A stretch of 64,000 nt of DNA, from the NCBI GenBank assembly GCA_964252035.1, contig OZ176209.1. One strand, given 5' to 3'. The stretch's first letter is position 1. Every line of letters starts with the position of its first letter. Position numbers and translations under genes: made by a program. This stretch comes from Podarcis erhardii (Eukaryota). Positions 18,501-32,976 of the stretch are shown here, piece by piece. The notes beneath the pieces are model-generated. The model ran no database searches. It saw only the letters and a program-made list of their open reading frames with translations, and was not told the origin of the DNA.

Positions 18501-21500
18501 TTCTCTGTTAACAGTGGTAGATTTTCACTAATCAGTCCATGGCTGAGTAGAAGGATGGTTTCTGCACTCATTGCTGTGTTCATTATCAATCCAGAAACGA
18601 TGCGGCGTAAAGTTTCATGTACCTTCCGAGACATCTTTAGGCTTGTAGTATTCTCTAAAATCTGCAAGTGGACATTAGAAAAGCCACCTTAAAACGGAAA
18701 CCCTGGTGTTACAGATCCTTCTTAGACCATATGGTGTTGATTTCGGAAAGACACCTCATTATGTTTGCAAAGTCTATATACCATGCTAAAATAACACATC
18801 TGTTTCTATATTGATAGCATGATCCCATAAAAATGTTTCATTGTGTCACAGTCTGTCCTCCCATTATTCTTCCATATTTTAGTAGTTTATCATGCCACTG
18901 CCAAATTTCTCTTTTGGAGAGAGAAAATATATCTTACCTCTTTCAATGGAAGAATGAGCTTAGTCACTTGGTCCTTCCCTATGTACTTGCCAAGGATTTC
19001 ATAAGAATCGTAGCTCTTGCTTCTGCGAGCCTCCATGACTTTGGAAACTATGCCTTTCACCTCTTTCTCCTCTGCAACTTCCCCAAACAGTTCGTGGTTG
19101 AAAATCTTTTCAGAAGACATGGAGGAAAGTGTTAACAGTAAGTAGCAGTAGAGCAGCAGTTATAATTTTGCATCCACCTTTTCGGACAGGAATAACGAAA
19201 GGTCCAACACGTTCATCTTTAGGGGCGAGGGATGAGCTCAGTTCCTACAGCATCTGCTTTGCACCCAGGAGGTCTCAGGTCCAACCCCCAGCATTGACAG
19301 ATAGGGCTAGGAGAGTTCCCTGGTTGAAAACTTGGGGAGCTGCTGCCAGTCAGTGCAGACAATATTGAACTGATGGACCCATGATCTGACTAGGCATAAG
19401 AGTGTTCCCTTTAAGAAACAAAAGATCTGATAAAATGTGCAACTAGTCAAGAAGGAAGAGGACCTAGTATTACTTGGGCTCCTTCATGAAGGCAACTGTT
19501 TGGTATCACCCAACCAACCACCACCCTCTCTCCATCCAGGTATTACAGGAACTGGAGCTGTAAGTTCCTGATTGCAGTGACATCTCTGAAATGAGCTCCT
19601 TTTACGCTTGGCATTTTCCGCACGCAGCAAACGTCGCTTTCAAAGAACTTACTTCGGTCATAAGTTCTATGCAAGGATCCAAGTCTCCCACTTGAAGTCG
19701 ATTGCTGGCGAGGCTCTTCAGCAAGAGGTGGACTGTGAAAGTCAACACATGGACCTACATGAGCAAAAGAAATCAAGTGACTCTGTGTTTGTTAATTAAA
19801 AGGATAACTAATAAAAGAATGACACACGTACACAACTGGAATGATATTAGGAAGATTGCTATAGTGCTTTCAGCCGTCCCCACCCGCTACTGTTACCTAC
19901 TAAATTAATCTTCGATACAATCCAGCATTTCTTCCAACTGCCTGAGCTTGGACCCAACTTCTCAACTGATTCTGCTTTCTGCTTGCCTGGTGTTGCTGTC
20001 AATTAGGCAGGAGAGCCCACTGCAGATCATGAGTTCAGGGAGTAGGGCTAAGGAGTTATAATGTCCTCTGTCCTTAAGCGCCTCCTGCTCCTATCCAATA
20101 GGAAGGCGGAAGAAAAAGAAAGCCAGCACTATACCTGGTAACCATGGACGAGGGTTGACTGCATCTCTTTTAAGACATATTGCAGATACTGTGCCCCCAA
20201 AGCCTCCATTATTTTCATCAGGGTGTTGCGTGCAATATCCCGTATTTCCTGTGCTCTGTTCCTCAGAAGGGAGCAGACTTTCAGGAGGATGCTGGAGCCA
20301 ACAAAGAAGCAAAACAGAAGAGAACCAAACACAAGCTTAAATTATCACCCCAACAGGTTTGTACAATATTTATCCTATATATGCATGTGTGCATCCTCCC
20401 CATATGCGCTATGTCTATATATATCCCTAGGTGATTTTCAACATATGGAACTTAATATTCACTAGGAAAGACTGTACATACCTTGGCAAATTCTCTTCCA
20501 TGACATCTTGGGGAAGAGTCTGCATCAGCTTGACCATCGCAAAAGCAAGTGGAACCCGAACAACCTCTTCATCATTCACAACCTTAGATTTCACAAGCTT
20601 GTGCTCTTCATCTCTTTTGACCTGCAGGGCAAAAAAACACATCATCTCCAAAGTTAAAGGTAAAGGTAAAGGGACCCCTGACCATTAGGTCCAGTTGTGG
20701 CCGACTCTGGAGTTGTGGCGCTCATCTCGCTTTATTGGCCGAGGGAGCCGGCATACAGCCTCTGGGTCATGTGGCCAGCATGACTAAGCCGCTTCTGGCG
20801 AACCAGAGCAGTGCACGGAAACGCCATTTACCTTCCCGCTGGAACGGTACCTATTTATCTACTTGCACTTTGATGTGCTTTCAAACTGCTAGGTTGGCAG
20901 AAGCAGGGACCGAGCAAGGGGAGCTCACCCCGTCGTGGGGATTCAAACCGCCGACCTTCTGATCGGCAGGTCCTAGGCTCAGTGGTTTAACCCACAGCGC
21001 CACCCGCGTCCCGGCATCTCCAAAGTTACTCAATAGCATTTCCAACTGCCAGGTGTTAAAGACAGTGATCTTACATCTAGGCCCGGAGAGAATACAACAC
21101 TGGAGCCGACATTCTGTCTAACCTACCTCACAAGGTTGTTATGAGGAGAAAGTGAGGTTCATCTGGCATACTTAAAGGAGTATTCAGAGCATCTCTTTGG
21201 TACCAAGGACCACAACTGGCATAAATGGGAACTTTTCTTTTAATGCAAATAGGAGGTAGAGGGGACAAAATGTTAATGCTGCCCACCCCAGTCCTAATCC
21301 GGACTGGTCCCCCACATGGGGACCATTCACACAATTCAAGAGCCACTTGCTATTTTGCTGAATGACAATTCATCTAGTTTAGCTCCCAGAATCAAGATGT
21401 ACTAAAGACTATTTAAAAATAAACCCTGAAGACTCAGAAATGCACCTTTGCAATGAGACATCTGTGCAATTTGGGCAAGATGTTTCCATGTACTGTTTCC

Positions 21501-24500
21501 TGAATATGATTTATCAAGCATTTCAACTCTTCCTTATCCCTAGGCAGGAAGGAAATTGGTTTCAGAGCGATCTGGGGTTTTTGGTCTTCTTCAATAGTGG
21601 CTGGAGCAGACAAAGATGAAACAGGCTCTGTTTGTTCACTGGCATCTTTAGAAAGGTCCTTGGTGGTTTCTTGGTCTTCTTCTCCATCACTAAGCTCCAC
21701 TTCCATTGTTTCATTCTCCACTTCCAGTTCAGTGTCCAGGGCTTCTGCATCTGCTAGGCATAATCAAGAGGGGAAAAGGCTTTGATGCTTGCCGATCAAG
21801 TCCTTTATTGGAACAAGACGGACAAAGTGGGACCTGTAATCTAGAGCGCTCCTGTTTAAGATTTTAGCAAGCCACACCCTTTTTCCAGGATTCCCCACTC
21901 CATTCCCACTCTCCCCAACTGTTAGCCAGAATTCTGTGCCTAATGAATATGATTCACACTCAGAGAAGGATTCCTTATTAGCAGCCTGGCCCTGCTTATT
22001 TATAACTCCACATAGGTTTAGGACTGCGGCCTTATGTAGATATTCTGAACTAGAAACCCAATAACTAACTTTTTAAAATAGAAAGCAGAGATTCTAAAAT
22101 GCATAATGAAACAAGAGGCCCTGTGTTTTGCATTCAAAGAGTAAAGGTCATGCAAGTTTATTTATTATTATATCAGAACTGAAGAACAGTCCGCTGAATC
22201 AGGCCAGTGGCCCATCTGGTCCAGCAGCCTGTTCACACTGTGGCCGACCAGATGCCTATAAGAAGCGCGCAAGCAGGACGTTGAGCACAGCAGCACTCTT
22301 TCTTCCCCCAGTCTCCAGCAACTGGCCTTCAGAAGCATTATGGCCTCCAGCGCTGGCGGTAGAACACAGCCGTCTAGGTGAGCAGCGATCAGGGTTACAA
22401 TGCATTAGATGCTAAAGAAGGTGCAGTGTTAACAGGTTGTAGCAAAAAGTCACAGCACTTTAAAGCCTACCAACATTTATTGTGAGAAGCATAACCTTAC
22501 AGGAGCTGGAGCCTACTCCACCTGATGCAGGAATCAGAACCTTACCTTCCTTTTGAATCATCTCAAGCTGCTTTTCAAGAGTTTCGTAGTCAAAATGAAA
22601 AGCCTCCAGCACCATAACTAGCACACTGTCAAAGAGATTAAGGGGCAGGGAGAGAAATAAAAGGTGCTAAAATCCAAAAAAACTCTTCTATTTGTAAAAG
22701 GACTGGACTAAAAGAACTGCTCAAGTGAATGGGGGCACTGGGCTTGAGTTTCTTGAACAGTTGCTCCCTAGGCTGCATGGTAAATCTTTAAAACAGAGGG
22801 TAAACTCAAAAAGCAAAGTGCAGTATAGCACTGGGGGAGGAGTGGAATCTAGCGTTCAAAGAACGCAAGCAAAAATCACTTTGGACAAGAGCATTCCTAA
22901 AGTAGTTCTTTGATATCTGGCCAAAGTGAATTAAAAGCGCTTGGAACATAAAGCTCTCTTTTCACGCAGACAGAGGCTCAATGCTCCCATTAACATAGTC
23001 ATCAGCTCGGATAAAACGACAGCTCGACAACAGTCCACAGAGATACTATCCTTGTGTGTCAGTTTCCTTATTAATGTTATCAGTATGGAGTGACTGGCAT
23101 TGCAAACCCCTGCAAGGTTGCTCAGAAGCAAGCCCCACTATGCTGTTTGGTAAGTGCACACAAGATTACAGGATAAACCTTAAAACCAACATTTACAGTA
23201 CCTGACGCCCAGTTTTTGATTGATCTGTCCAGTCTGCAAGACGTGTATGAAATGTTTCAAGTGATAGAGGTACGCTGACCAAGAAAGATGTCTGCAAACA
23301 GCTCCTACCATTTCAACCGAAGCAGTTACCATATTTTCATACTGAGGAATAGAAAACAACCCTTAGGGTCTTCCCAATTAAAAGCAGCACAAAACCTTTG
23401 CCTAGACTAACGAAACCCATGCAGGCTAGAAGAAGCTTCCTTCCACATCCCCAACACTCCCTTAAAATCATGGCGAAAGTGGCATTGTTGAACCAAGAAG
23501 AAAACCTATCCCAACATTTTCACATCAAAATACCCCAAAGAAGCAACATGCTTGGCAATATTCAGAGACCTATCTGAAGCTTTCCCCCTCATTATTAAAT
23601 TCAGAAGTTGTGAGGTGTGTGGTGTAGTGTAGTGGTTAGAGCAGTGATAGCCATTGTGGTGTCCTTCAAATGTTGAGACTACAACTCCCATCAGCCCTAG
23701 CCAGCATGACCAATGGTCAGGTTGATGGAAGTTGTAGTACAGCAACATCTTGAGGTACCAATTATCTGTCCCTGGTAGCGTTTGACCAAAAGTAGAGAGC
23801 TTTTGGTTCGGGTCCTCACTCAGCCATAAAGCTCACCAGGTGCCCTTGAGGAAGTCACATTCTTTTCAGCCTAAGCTACTTCACAGGGTTGCTGTATGAA
23901 TGTAATTCTTCCAAATCAGGAGAAGGGGTACAGAGAAATATGTAGGCCTCCCTCACTGAACTATTTGGAGGAACTGCAGGATATGTATGTATGTATGTAT
24001 GTATGTATAAATAAATAAATACATGTGCATGTATAAATAACTAAATTATGAAGATATCAGACAAAGAAGAACTCTACAAAGTTTAGTTCCCAGAAATTGC
24101 TATGCACTGTTCCTTCTTTAAAAGAGCAGCTCGAAATAAGAGCCTTAACAAACATTTCAAATAAGTACTGTGCAGGGGAGGTACTTCATTTTTAAAAAAT
24201 ATCAACCCAAATCCCAACACTCTTTATTTTCTCCTCATGAAAAGGGAAATCACCCTGTTGCACTTACAGAAATATGCCACTAAGGGCTATGAAATAAAAG
24301 TAGTTCCCACCACTGTATGCTAAAAGTTTACCTTAAGCATTTTCTCATCAAAGATAGTAGTAGTTGCGTAAGGCATAATGTAATTCTGAAGAGATTTGGA
24401 ACAGAGTGTGATTTTGTCTTCAGCTAGTTGCTTAGCCAATTTCTTCAAGGCACGTGCCCTTCTGTGGATCTAAGAGAGTTACAAAAGTTTTCACTGAGTG

Positions 24501-27500
24501 AGGGCCCATATTTACCGTATTTTTCGCTCTATAACACGCACCCGACCATAACACGCACATAGTTTTTAGAGGAGGAAAATCCGTAGGCATGCCACCCGTA
24601 GGCATTCCCTCCATAACACGCACAGACATTTCCCCCTACTTTTTAGGAGGAAAAAAGTGAGTGTTATGGTGCAAAAATTACGGTAATTCAGTAGACCTAG
24701 GAGGTTTGGGTGTCATAATCTATCAAAAGTTTCACCAGCTCTTAACAGCCAGGAGGGGGAGAAAAGACACCTTTTTGGGTGAGCATCTTACTACAACACA
24801 CTTCTGTCTATTTCTTAAACTGAGACACTGAATAAGAGAAAATACATTCTGATTAAATGCATACAATTCTAGCTGCTGCCTTTTAAATGTGACATTAACA
24901 GCAAAGCTTAGCATGTGCTACAATAGTGTAAATGACATTATAGCCGTTAAATCAAAACACACATGCAGAGAGCTATTGTTCTCAGGACGATGAATGATTT
25001 GCGAATGAAAAACGAGGCAGCACTTGCAAAGATTTACATTCACAGAAGAAGATGAAGTATCTACCATCTTTCCACTATCATACAACTATTGCCCAGTGGC
25101 AAGAACAGGATTGCATTATACCTGAATATGCTTCATATTTTCAAAGAAGTCCATCTCTGGATCATGAACGTCCGTCAGCTGGACCAAGTCCTGAAACTCT
25201 GGGTGGTTTGAAAATGCTCGAATCAAGCTGGAGAGCAATGATGTGTAATCCTGCTGAATACTCTGAAAGCAGCAAGTAACAAAATACCAAGGCAAATGTG
25301 AAAATGTGTGGCTTAATGTTTTTTTAATGCAGCCATTTGATTATTTCTTTTTTAGAAACACACTGAGCAAGAACAACCATGCAAGAACACACACAAAAAC
25401 CAGAATTATGCTTTTGAAACTTTCTCCCTTTGGGACCAGACTGACATCCACACATATTAAACATTCCTAAATGGATTTTTGTTTAGATCAGGGGCTCTAC
25501 ATATTTACATTGGTACCTGAACTACTCCTGCTATTATTTGAATGAACATGTCAGGGAAGTGTGGTGGTAGCACATGGCAAGACATCTCACGTGGCCCCAC
25601 ATCCTCTCCACACCACTGTATCAACCCTTCCCCTAGAATTTAGCTAATTTGCCATATTTTGGACTTGTCAACATGTTGGGCTGGAGTAAACACACTGAGC
25701 AAGGAAGGTAGGTAAGGTAATAGGAACAATACAGAAGCATTTTGTTTATGCTTTTTAAAAATACAGTGGTACCTCAGGTTAAGTACTTAATTCGTTCCGG
25801 AGGTCTGTTCTTAACCTGAAACTGTTCTTAACCTGAAGCATTACTTTAGCTAATGGGGCCTCCTGCTGTTGCCGCACCGCCACTGCACGATTCAAAGTTC
25901 TTAACCTGAAGCACTATTTCTGGGTTAGCGGAGTCTGTAACCTGAAGCGTATGTAACCTGAGGTACCACTGTATTTGCATCTTATCATTAGCCACATTGG
26001 GTGCTTTGTTCAATGAGAAGTCTGCCCACGGCCCTGTCTCATTTCAAAATACTAGAATAGGGCATCACTTGTACAATTCTCTTTCACAGTAACGTTTCCT
26101 CCTGAAATATAACAGCAGTCAGACAACAGTCGGCTTGATGATTATCGGCTTGTGGTGATGCGGAGGTGGGCTTTTTCACCAATGGAACGCAATCTCTGCT
26201 GAAATATGAGAGGCATTCCAACATGTGTTGAAGATGCACCTGTCCACACAGGCATTCCCTTGATCTCTTGACCAGAGTTTCTTGTTTTAATGGCTGCGTC
26301 TTAATGGGGTTGTTACATGGGAAATGGAATTATGGAATACTTCAATCGTGTTATATAACTGGGTTTTATATTCTATAAATCACCAAGAAGCCTATTTTGG
26401 CATTAAACAGTATATAATTAAATATAATAACCAGCTTTTTACCTCAGTCTTGTTCTTCAGCCCTTTTCTCAAAGCTTCTAGAAGAGTGTGCTGAATGATT
26501 TCCTTGTATTCATCTTCTGCGTGACTGATTTCAGCAAACAGGTTGATAATAGCATTCAGACAGAGGATGGCACTGTCACTTAGAGACATCTCTCCTAACT
26601 AAAGAAAGAAAAAGATTATGGCAGCTGAGATTACAAGAGATGATCCTGAAACCGTAGATTAAAAAAGACTCAGAAATACACGTGAATATAATCATCAATA
26701 AAACATAAACCAGCTCCCCCTACAACAGCTCAGAGCAGTTGTAATGGGAGCAATAGACCTGGAAACCTGGAGTATTTTTCAGTTCCCCAAATGATCAAAA
26801 TATTTTTTTAAAAAATAGAGAATACATTTCCAGGAGCTCTACCATAAAGGACAGATCTTTTCCACGTGGGCATGGGCTCACCTGTATTGTATAGAAACAG
26901 TTATGCATTACTGGAATAAGGTAGTCGACATCCACTGTTTTCATCGCCTTGATATGAGAAGTGATGTCTTGAAATGCTGACAAGCGGATATCGAAATTGA
27001 TATCATCAAGATGACGTGGATCAAAAGCATTCAGCTACAAAGGGCAAGAGGTTTAATAAAGATATAAAAATCAAAATGATGACAGAAAATTTCATAGAAG
27101 TAAATCAGGTGAAACATTACATACCTTAACTGTATCTGTAATGTATTTTAGATTGCTGTCCAAATCTGATAAAGTCTATAAAAAATGGAAAAATAATAAA
27201 AAGGCAAACTTAACAAACCTAGAATTATTTCACGCATGTATCATCTACCGTGACATTAATAGCGCTTTTCTCTGAACATTCTCCAGTTCTACATTTTACT
27301 TTTTAAAAAATAGGGCAACCAGAAGTGGCCATCAGTATTCAAAATTCAGATGCTCCATTCTTTCGTTCCAGCGTACCACACTTTGTACTTATTTGACCAG
27401 AAACTAACCAGGTCTTCCATTATCTACTCATAATATTTTGAGTTTTAGAACTCATCACCATCCACTACATTTCCCACAGTTCCTGGAGGCTGAGGAGGCC

Positions 27501-30500
27501 ATTTTGAAAGTCTATTGTCCAACCACTAAGAAAAACGGAACCAGTCAGGGGAAAGGGATTAGATAGCCTCTCAAGGGACTGCAGAGGGATTTGGGACTGG
27601 GAAGACTAATGGTCCCAATGACATCCCCAAGAGCATGGCAGGGTCACAGCTTGAAATGGCCGCTCAGAGAAATCATTATGGATCAAGTTCACATCACAAC
27701 CAAAATAGTGTTGAGCAATCACTAACAAAAATGCTATAAATGTGCTACTACTGTATTCAGTACCTCAAAAACCATGCAGAGCGTCTGACGAGACAATTTG
27801 TTCTGAACAACAGAAAACAATTTTGCCAGTGGTTTGAGGAAACTTGCTGGATTCAAACAATGCTTCAGTAGATTTTGTACTGTTTCCAGGATGTCAATCT
27901 CAGTATCCTGGAAAAAAAAACCAGATAAATCATGACACAATTCCTCACTTACACTGAAAAATAACATAATGTAATCCAGTTCAGAGTTGTCAAGAGAGAT
28001 TTAGTTAAAAGTATATTAATCAAGAAACAACTTACCTATTTCCACTGTGCAAAATACTAGAAAAAAGAACCCTGCTCTGTAATTAGACTAAACTACGGCA
28101 TAGCAAAATTATCAGTAAGCCTGAACAAGACTCAGCAAACCTTGTCCTTGCATGCTCCCCCTCCCCTCTCTTCCTGCCCCATAGGCAGGAGGAGCAGGTC
28201 AGAAGCTCATTTTGCTGCTTTTGCTTAATCAACGCATGTACCATGACCATGACTGCAACTTGGCTTGTTTCAATCAAACTGTTAACTACAGTTTGTTGGT
28301 TTAGATGAAACCCCCCCCCCAAATAACGATTAAGCAAAAGTGAAGCTTTTAAACTCCTCCTAGCTACACAGAAGGAAAGGGAACTGTGCAAGCCCAAGGC
28401 TCACCCTGGTTTGTTCGTTTTATACTCAACTATGTTTTACAACGGCGATGGCTAGCCTGTAGCCCTCCAAATGTTGCTATACTACAATTCCCATCATCCC
28501 TGACCACTGGTCATGCTTGCTGGGGCTGATGGGAGTTGGAGCCCAACGACATCAGGAGTCCCACAGCTTCCTCATCCCAGGATTAGCCTGGCATCCTAAC
28601 ATGGGAAGCGGTTTGCACCGAGAACATAGGTTATCTGAAATCTGAACCAGGGACTTCCCACTTTCAAACTTTTTTTTTTTTTTTTAACCACTCCATTATA
28701 GTTGCTGATATATATATATATCAGCTTGGGAGGGAATCCCAAAGGCACAACAGAGCACATTGAATAGCAGTGACCCAAACAAGTTAGCAGCAGATCATGA
28801 TGACCTGGAAAAATAGTTTAGAAGTTCACCAGAAAACAGCCAATCTTGAAAGAAAATGTGACTTTCCACAGGCATAAATAACAAAGCCTACCTGCACCAT
28901 GTTACTCTGGTGGAGGAAAGGGATGAGGAGACCAATCAGGATGGAGCTCTGACTCTTGTCCTTTATAAACTTGCTAATTCTATATTCAACAGAAGCAAGA
29001 GGTTAGCCTTGCACCGATATAATCACAACATCACGATTCAATTGCATATAATATAATCATCTGTTAATGTAAACTGCTGCTGATGTTCTGCTTACAAAAG
29101 GGCACATGAATGCATTAATAAAATTCTGGTCCACACGTGACTTCACACAAACAAATATGGACAACTGCAAGTCGAACCTGTCAGTGTATAGGTAAACTAC
29201 ACATATATGAATTAAGAGTTTGTGATCCCCAGCACAGAATGGATCAGAAGATTCCTGTCCAATCAGAGTGGACAATACTAGGCTAGACATCCAGTCAGAA
29301 CAGTCTGATCCCTTCTAAGGCATATGCTATGGTGACATGCAGGGAGGAGGCTGCATATGAGTTACATGGAGCCAAGAAACTTAGATTCAGAGCCTCCCAT
29401 GCCTGAAATGCATACAATAGCTTCCAGAGTGAACTCCCAACAAAAAGCCCTGCCCCTGCCTCACCCTGAAGCTCAAGCTTCCCGACAGCCTCTTGCAGGT
29501 GGTTCTCTTGAAAACATTTTTTGCTCACAAGTCTATTCAGCTGTTTAATTTCCTATTTTAAAAGAAACCTGTCGTTTTTAACGATTATTTTTATACTGCT
29601 TTATGGTATTTTACTTTGTGCACCTCCTTGTGGTTTTGTGTGAGTGGCGAGTACATTCATACCTCTGCTTACGTATCCCTCTGGATACGTAAACTTTGGG
29701 GTGCGAATGCGGCAAAACTGGAAGTATTTTTCCAGGTTTCACCATGCATGCTTGTACAGAAGTGCTTGAGGCACCACGCGCATGCACAGAAGCACTAAAC
29801 CACACCACACACATGCGCAGAAGCGGTCCTGCAGTTGCAAATTCCTCGGGATGCGGCCGCACCTCTGGAACAGATCCCGTTTGCAACCGGAGGTACCACT
29901 GTATATAAATTTACTCCTCTCCCTCTCTCTATACATATATAGTAAATATTTAAGGGACCCTATATAAATCAGTACTCTTAGCAATACCAAGGAACTATTT
30001 ACTTTGAAAGGATGTTTAGTTCTTTGCTGACTTGTGCTCTGTACTTCTTCTTCTTCATCTTGTCCACACTGAACATAGTTTTGCTGAGATACTGAAGGAT
30101 TGCAGGCACATGGGGGAGAATCAGCTTCACACCCGTGGTGGGAACATCTGCAAGGGAGACAGTGAGTTTATTTACCATTCAGAGACGTTAAGTACTCCAA
30201 GCAGAAAAACTAAAGAATATCATCCAATTCCTCACAAATAGTATAACAATTGTTCTGGGGTTATTTCAATTTATATCCTTTTCTGCATATACTACCCAAA
30301 GAAGGTAACAGAAATAATAATAAAAATGCAATGAGTTGAATCCAGAGATTCTAGTGCACTAAAGTGGGCTGGTGGAAGTCCTCTTTCCTCCCTGCCCTTC
30401 CCCCCCCCCCCAGCAGCCCACCCAGGAGCTTCTCCCAAGGATGGAGGGATCCTGCTGATGGGATGTGGCACCAAGTGGTGTGTTTGTGTGTCCCTGAGTG

Positions 30501-32945
30501 GAAGCAATTTCCACAAGCTTGCACATGATGATGGAACAACATCAAAGAGACGGGCAAGCTGGCCATATCTTCATATTATATTTTATATGAAAAGGCCTCC
30601 TGACTTGGCTAACCTGATGAAATAGGAGTTTATATCAGCCAACAATAACCTATATGCCATAATAAAATGTCTGACAACTAAAAATGCAGCTTGTTAACAG
30701 ATATTACTATACGGCTCCCAGAAATACTATCATTATGGCTAAACGTGGGAAAATATTGGTTTGGAAACTAGCACATTTCCTGGGAAACCGCTGAATGTAG
30801 TAGAAGTTGCTACTAAAGGGATTAATTAGGAGACAAGGGAACTTGCTATCCAGTTACTGAACGATGCTTTAATTTAAATTATTTAGCCAACATGAAATGT
30901 ATATGTTTGCTGCTCAAAAACACACTAGTCAATAATATTTGCTGGTCATTGCTCTTGAAGTGGATCTGTTATCTCAAGCAAGCTGAAAACTGACAGAGAT
31001 CCTTCAAGCCAGGATATAAACAGGTGTCTGGGGAAAAAACCCAAACAAACACCTGTGCACTGTCCTTTACCACAATGTAACACTTTTAATAAAGGCCCAT
31101 ATTTTTTCTCAAGTTCTAGGAGTTTCTGTTGGTTCTGTTTCTCTGGGACAATATACCCTTTCCATCAGAACTCCTGTTCATTGGAAACCCAGCTCTGTGG
31201 CTGCAACACCTCAGCTGTAAAGCTCCCTTCCCTTATGTGGTTGCCTGATGGTTTTTGTATGTGAATACAGTTTTCATGTCCCCATGCTTTTCTATGGTTT
31301 TAGTGCTGTTTTCAGCTGTCCCTATGCCCTGCTCTTTTACTGCTCTTTTATTATTCTATCTGAGTGCTTTAAGTGATGTTAAGTTACTTTGGCGATTTTA
31401 TTACTGAAAGGTGGGATAGAAATGCTTTAAGAAGGAAACAGAGGAAAGGAACCTTTTGGGTGTGAACTACAGAATTGCTCCATTCCTTTTCTGACAGACA
31501 GGCCTATGAACGGAATACTGCGCTGGAAGTCACAAAAACCAGCATTTAGTCTAGACTGACCTGTACAATGGCCATTGGGTGCCATTGCACCTTCTGCTCT
31601 AAGGATGAAGTGAAAGCTAAATCTGGAGATCAAATTACTAGTATAAGAGGGCTCTTCAACTGTTGACTGTTATAGGCCAAAACTACAAACTGAAATCAAT
31701 TACAAGTGATACCTAGTTTTGAGGGTAGGGCAGAAAACATACCCAGTGAGAATCTGTGTGAAACAATACTGGGAACATTGGGAGGAAAAACACGAGACAA
31801 ACCATGAGAGAAGTTGGTAATGCAGCTCTCAATGAAAGTCACTCTGCCCCGCCAACAACCCATTATTTATTATGAGTTTTTACAAATGAATTTCCATCTC
31901 ACCCTTTAATACATGTACTTCTAAGGGAGGCAATAAAAACCAGTAAAAATGAAACTATAAGAAGTCTACAGAACATAACTACAATGCACCGTCCAGTAGG
32001 TGCTGAGAATATTTTCTTTCACAAATTAGTTTCTATTTCTAGCACACAAGCAAAATGGAACAAGCAGTTTCGAAAATATTCACTTGCAATAGATTCGGGC
32101 GCCTAACCACCCGTACCTTCTGTCGTTTCATCAACTTCTTGGAAGACACAGTCTGTCACTGTCACTGTCACTGTCAAGCTGCAAATATCGTCATCGGGCT
32201 CCAAGTCAGGAGTGTTTAGAAGACTGTCAGCCACGTCCATCACAACACCAGCCGTTGCCTCACACAAGCTTTTGGCCGAAAGCAGAGCAAACACATTGGA
32301 TAACACATCATATTCTGGATGTCCTGGCATTTGCTTGGCCAGCAAAGGGAAATACCTGAGGGAAAGGCAACAAACAGGCAGGAAAATACTGATGTAGCAA
32401 TATCTAACTCTAGCAAAATGACTAGTGACAACATTAGAATGAAGCTCCGAACAGGTAAGCCTAAGTCAGTGATCCAGAAAAAGGATCCAGCAGACTCTCC
32501 TCATGTTCAAAAGCTGGGGAGTGGGGAGTAGAGATGCCCCTTTCACAAGTTTGAAGGAATGTTCCATAAGGTCACAGTAGGAACCAAAGCAGGTGAAACT
32601 CCAGAATTGTCCTTGTTATGTTTCTCTTACGTTCCTACAACTCCCAGGATTTTTCTTTTTCTTCTTCACTGTTCAGAGTCTCAAAAATTGTCAAAAGGAG
32701 GAGGGGGACAACAGGTGGAGGTGAATATTTCAGGGCCTGAAACATTTGCAGAGAACATGCCCCTTGCCCCATTCCAAGTCAGCCCTAATGCTAACTTGAA
32801 AATGAAAATGTCAAGAGGATACCGTCATCAATTTACCAGTATATAAATTGTGTTAAATAAACAAGATGTGTGCTTATCACTGTACCTGTGTATATGGTCC
32901 CTATAAACAACCAACATAAACTTTAGATTAAAAGTGCAGCTGACT

Positions 32946-32976
<31 letters not shown>

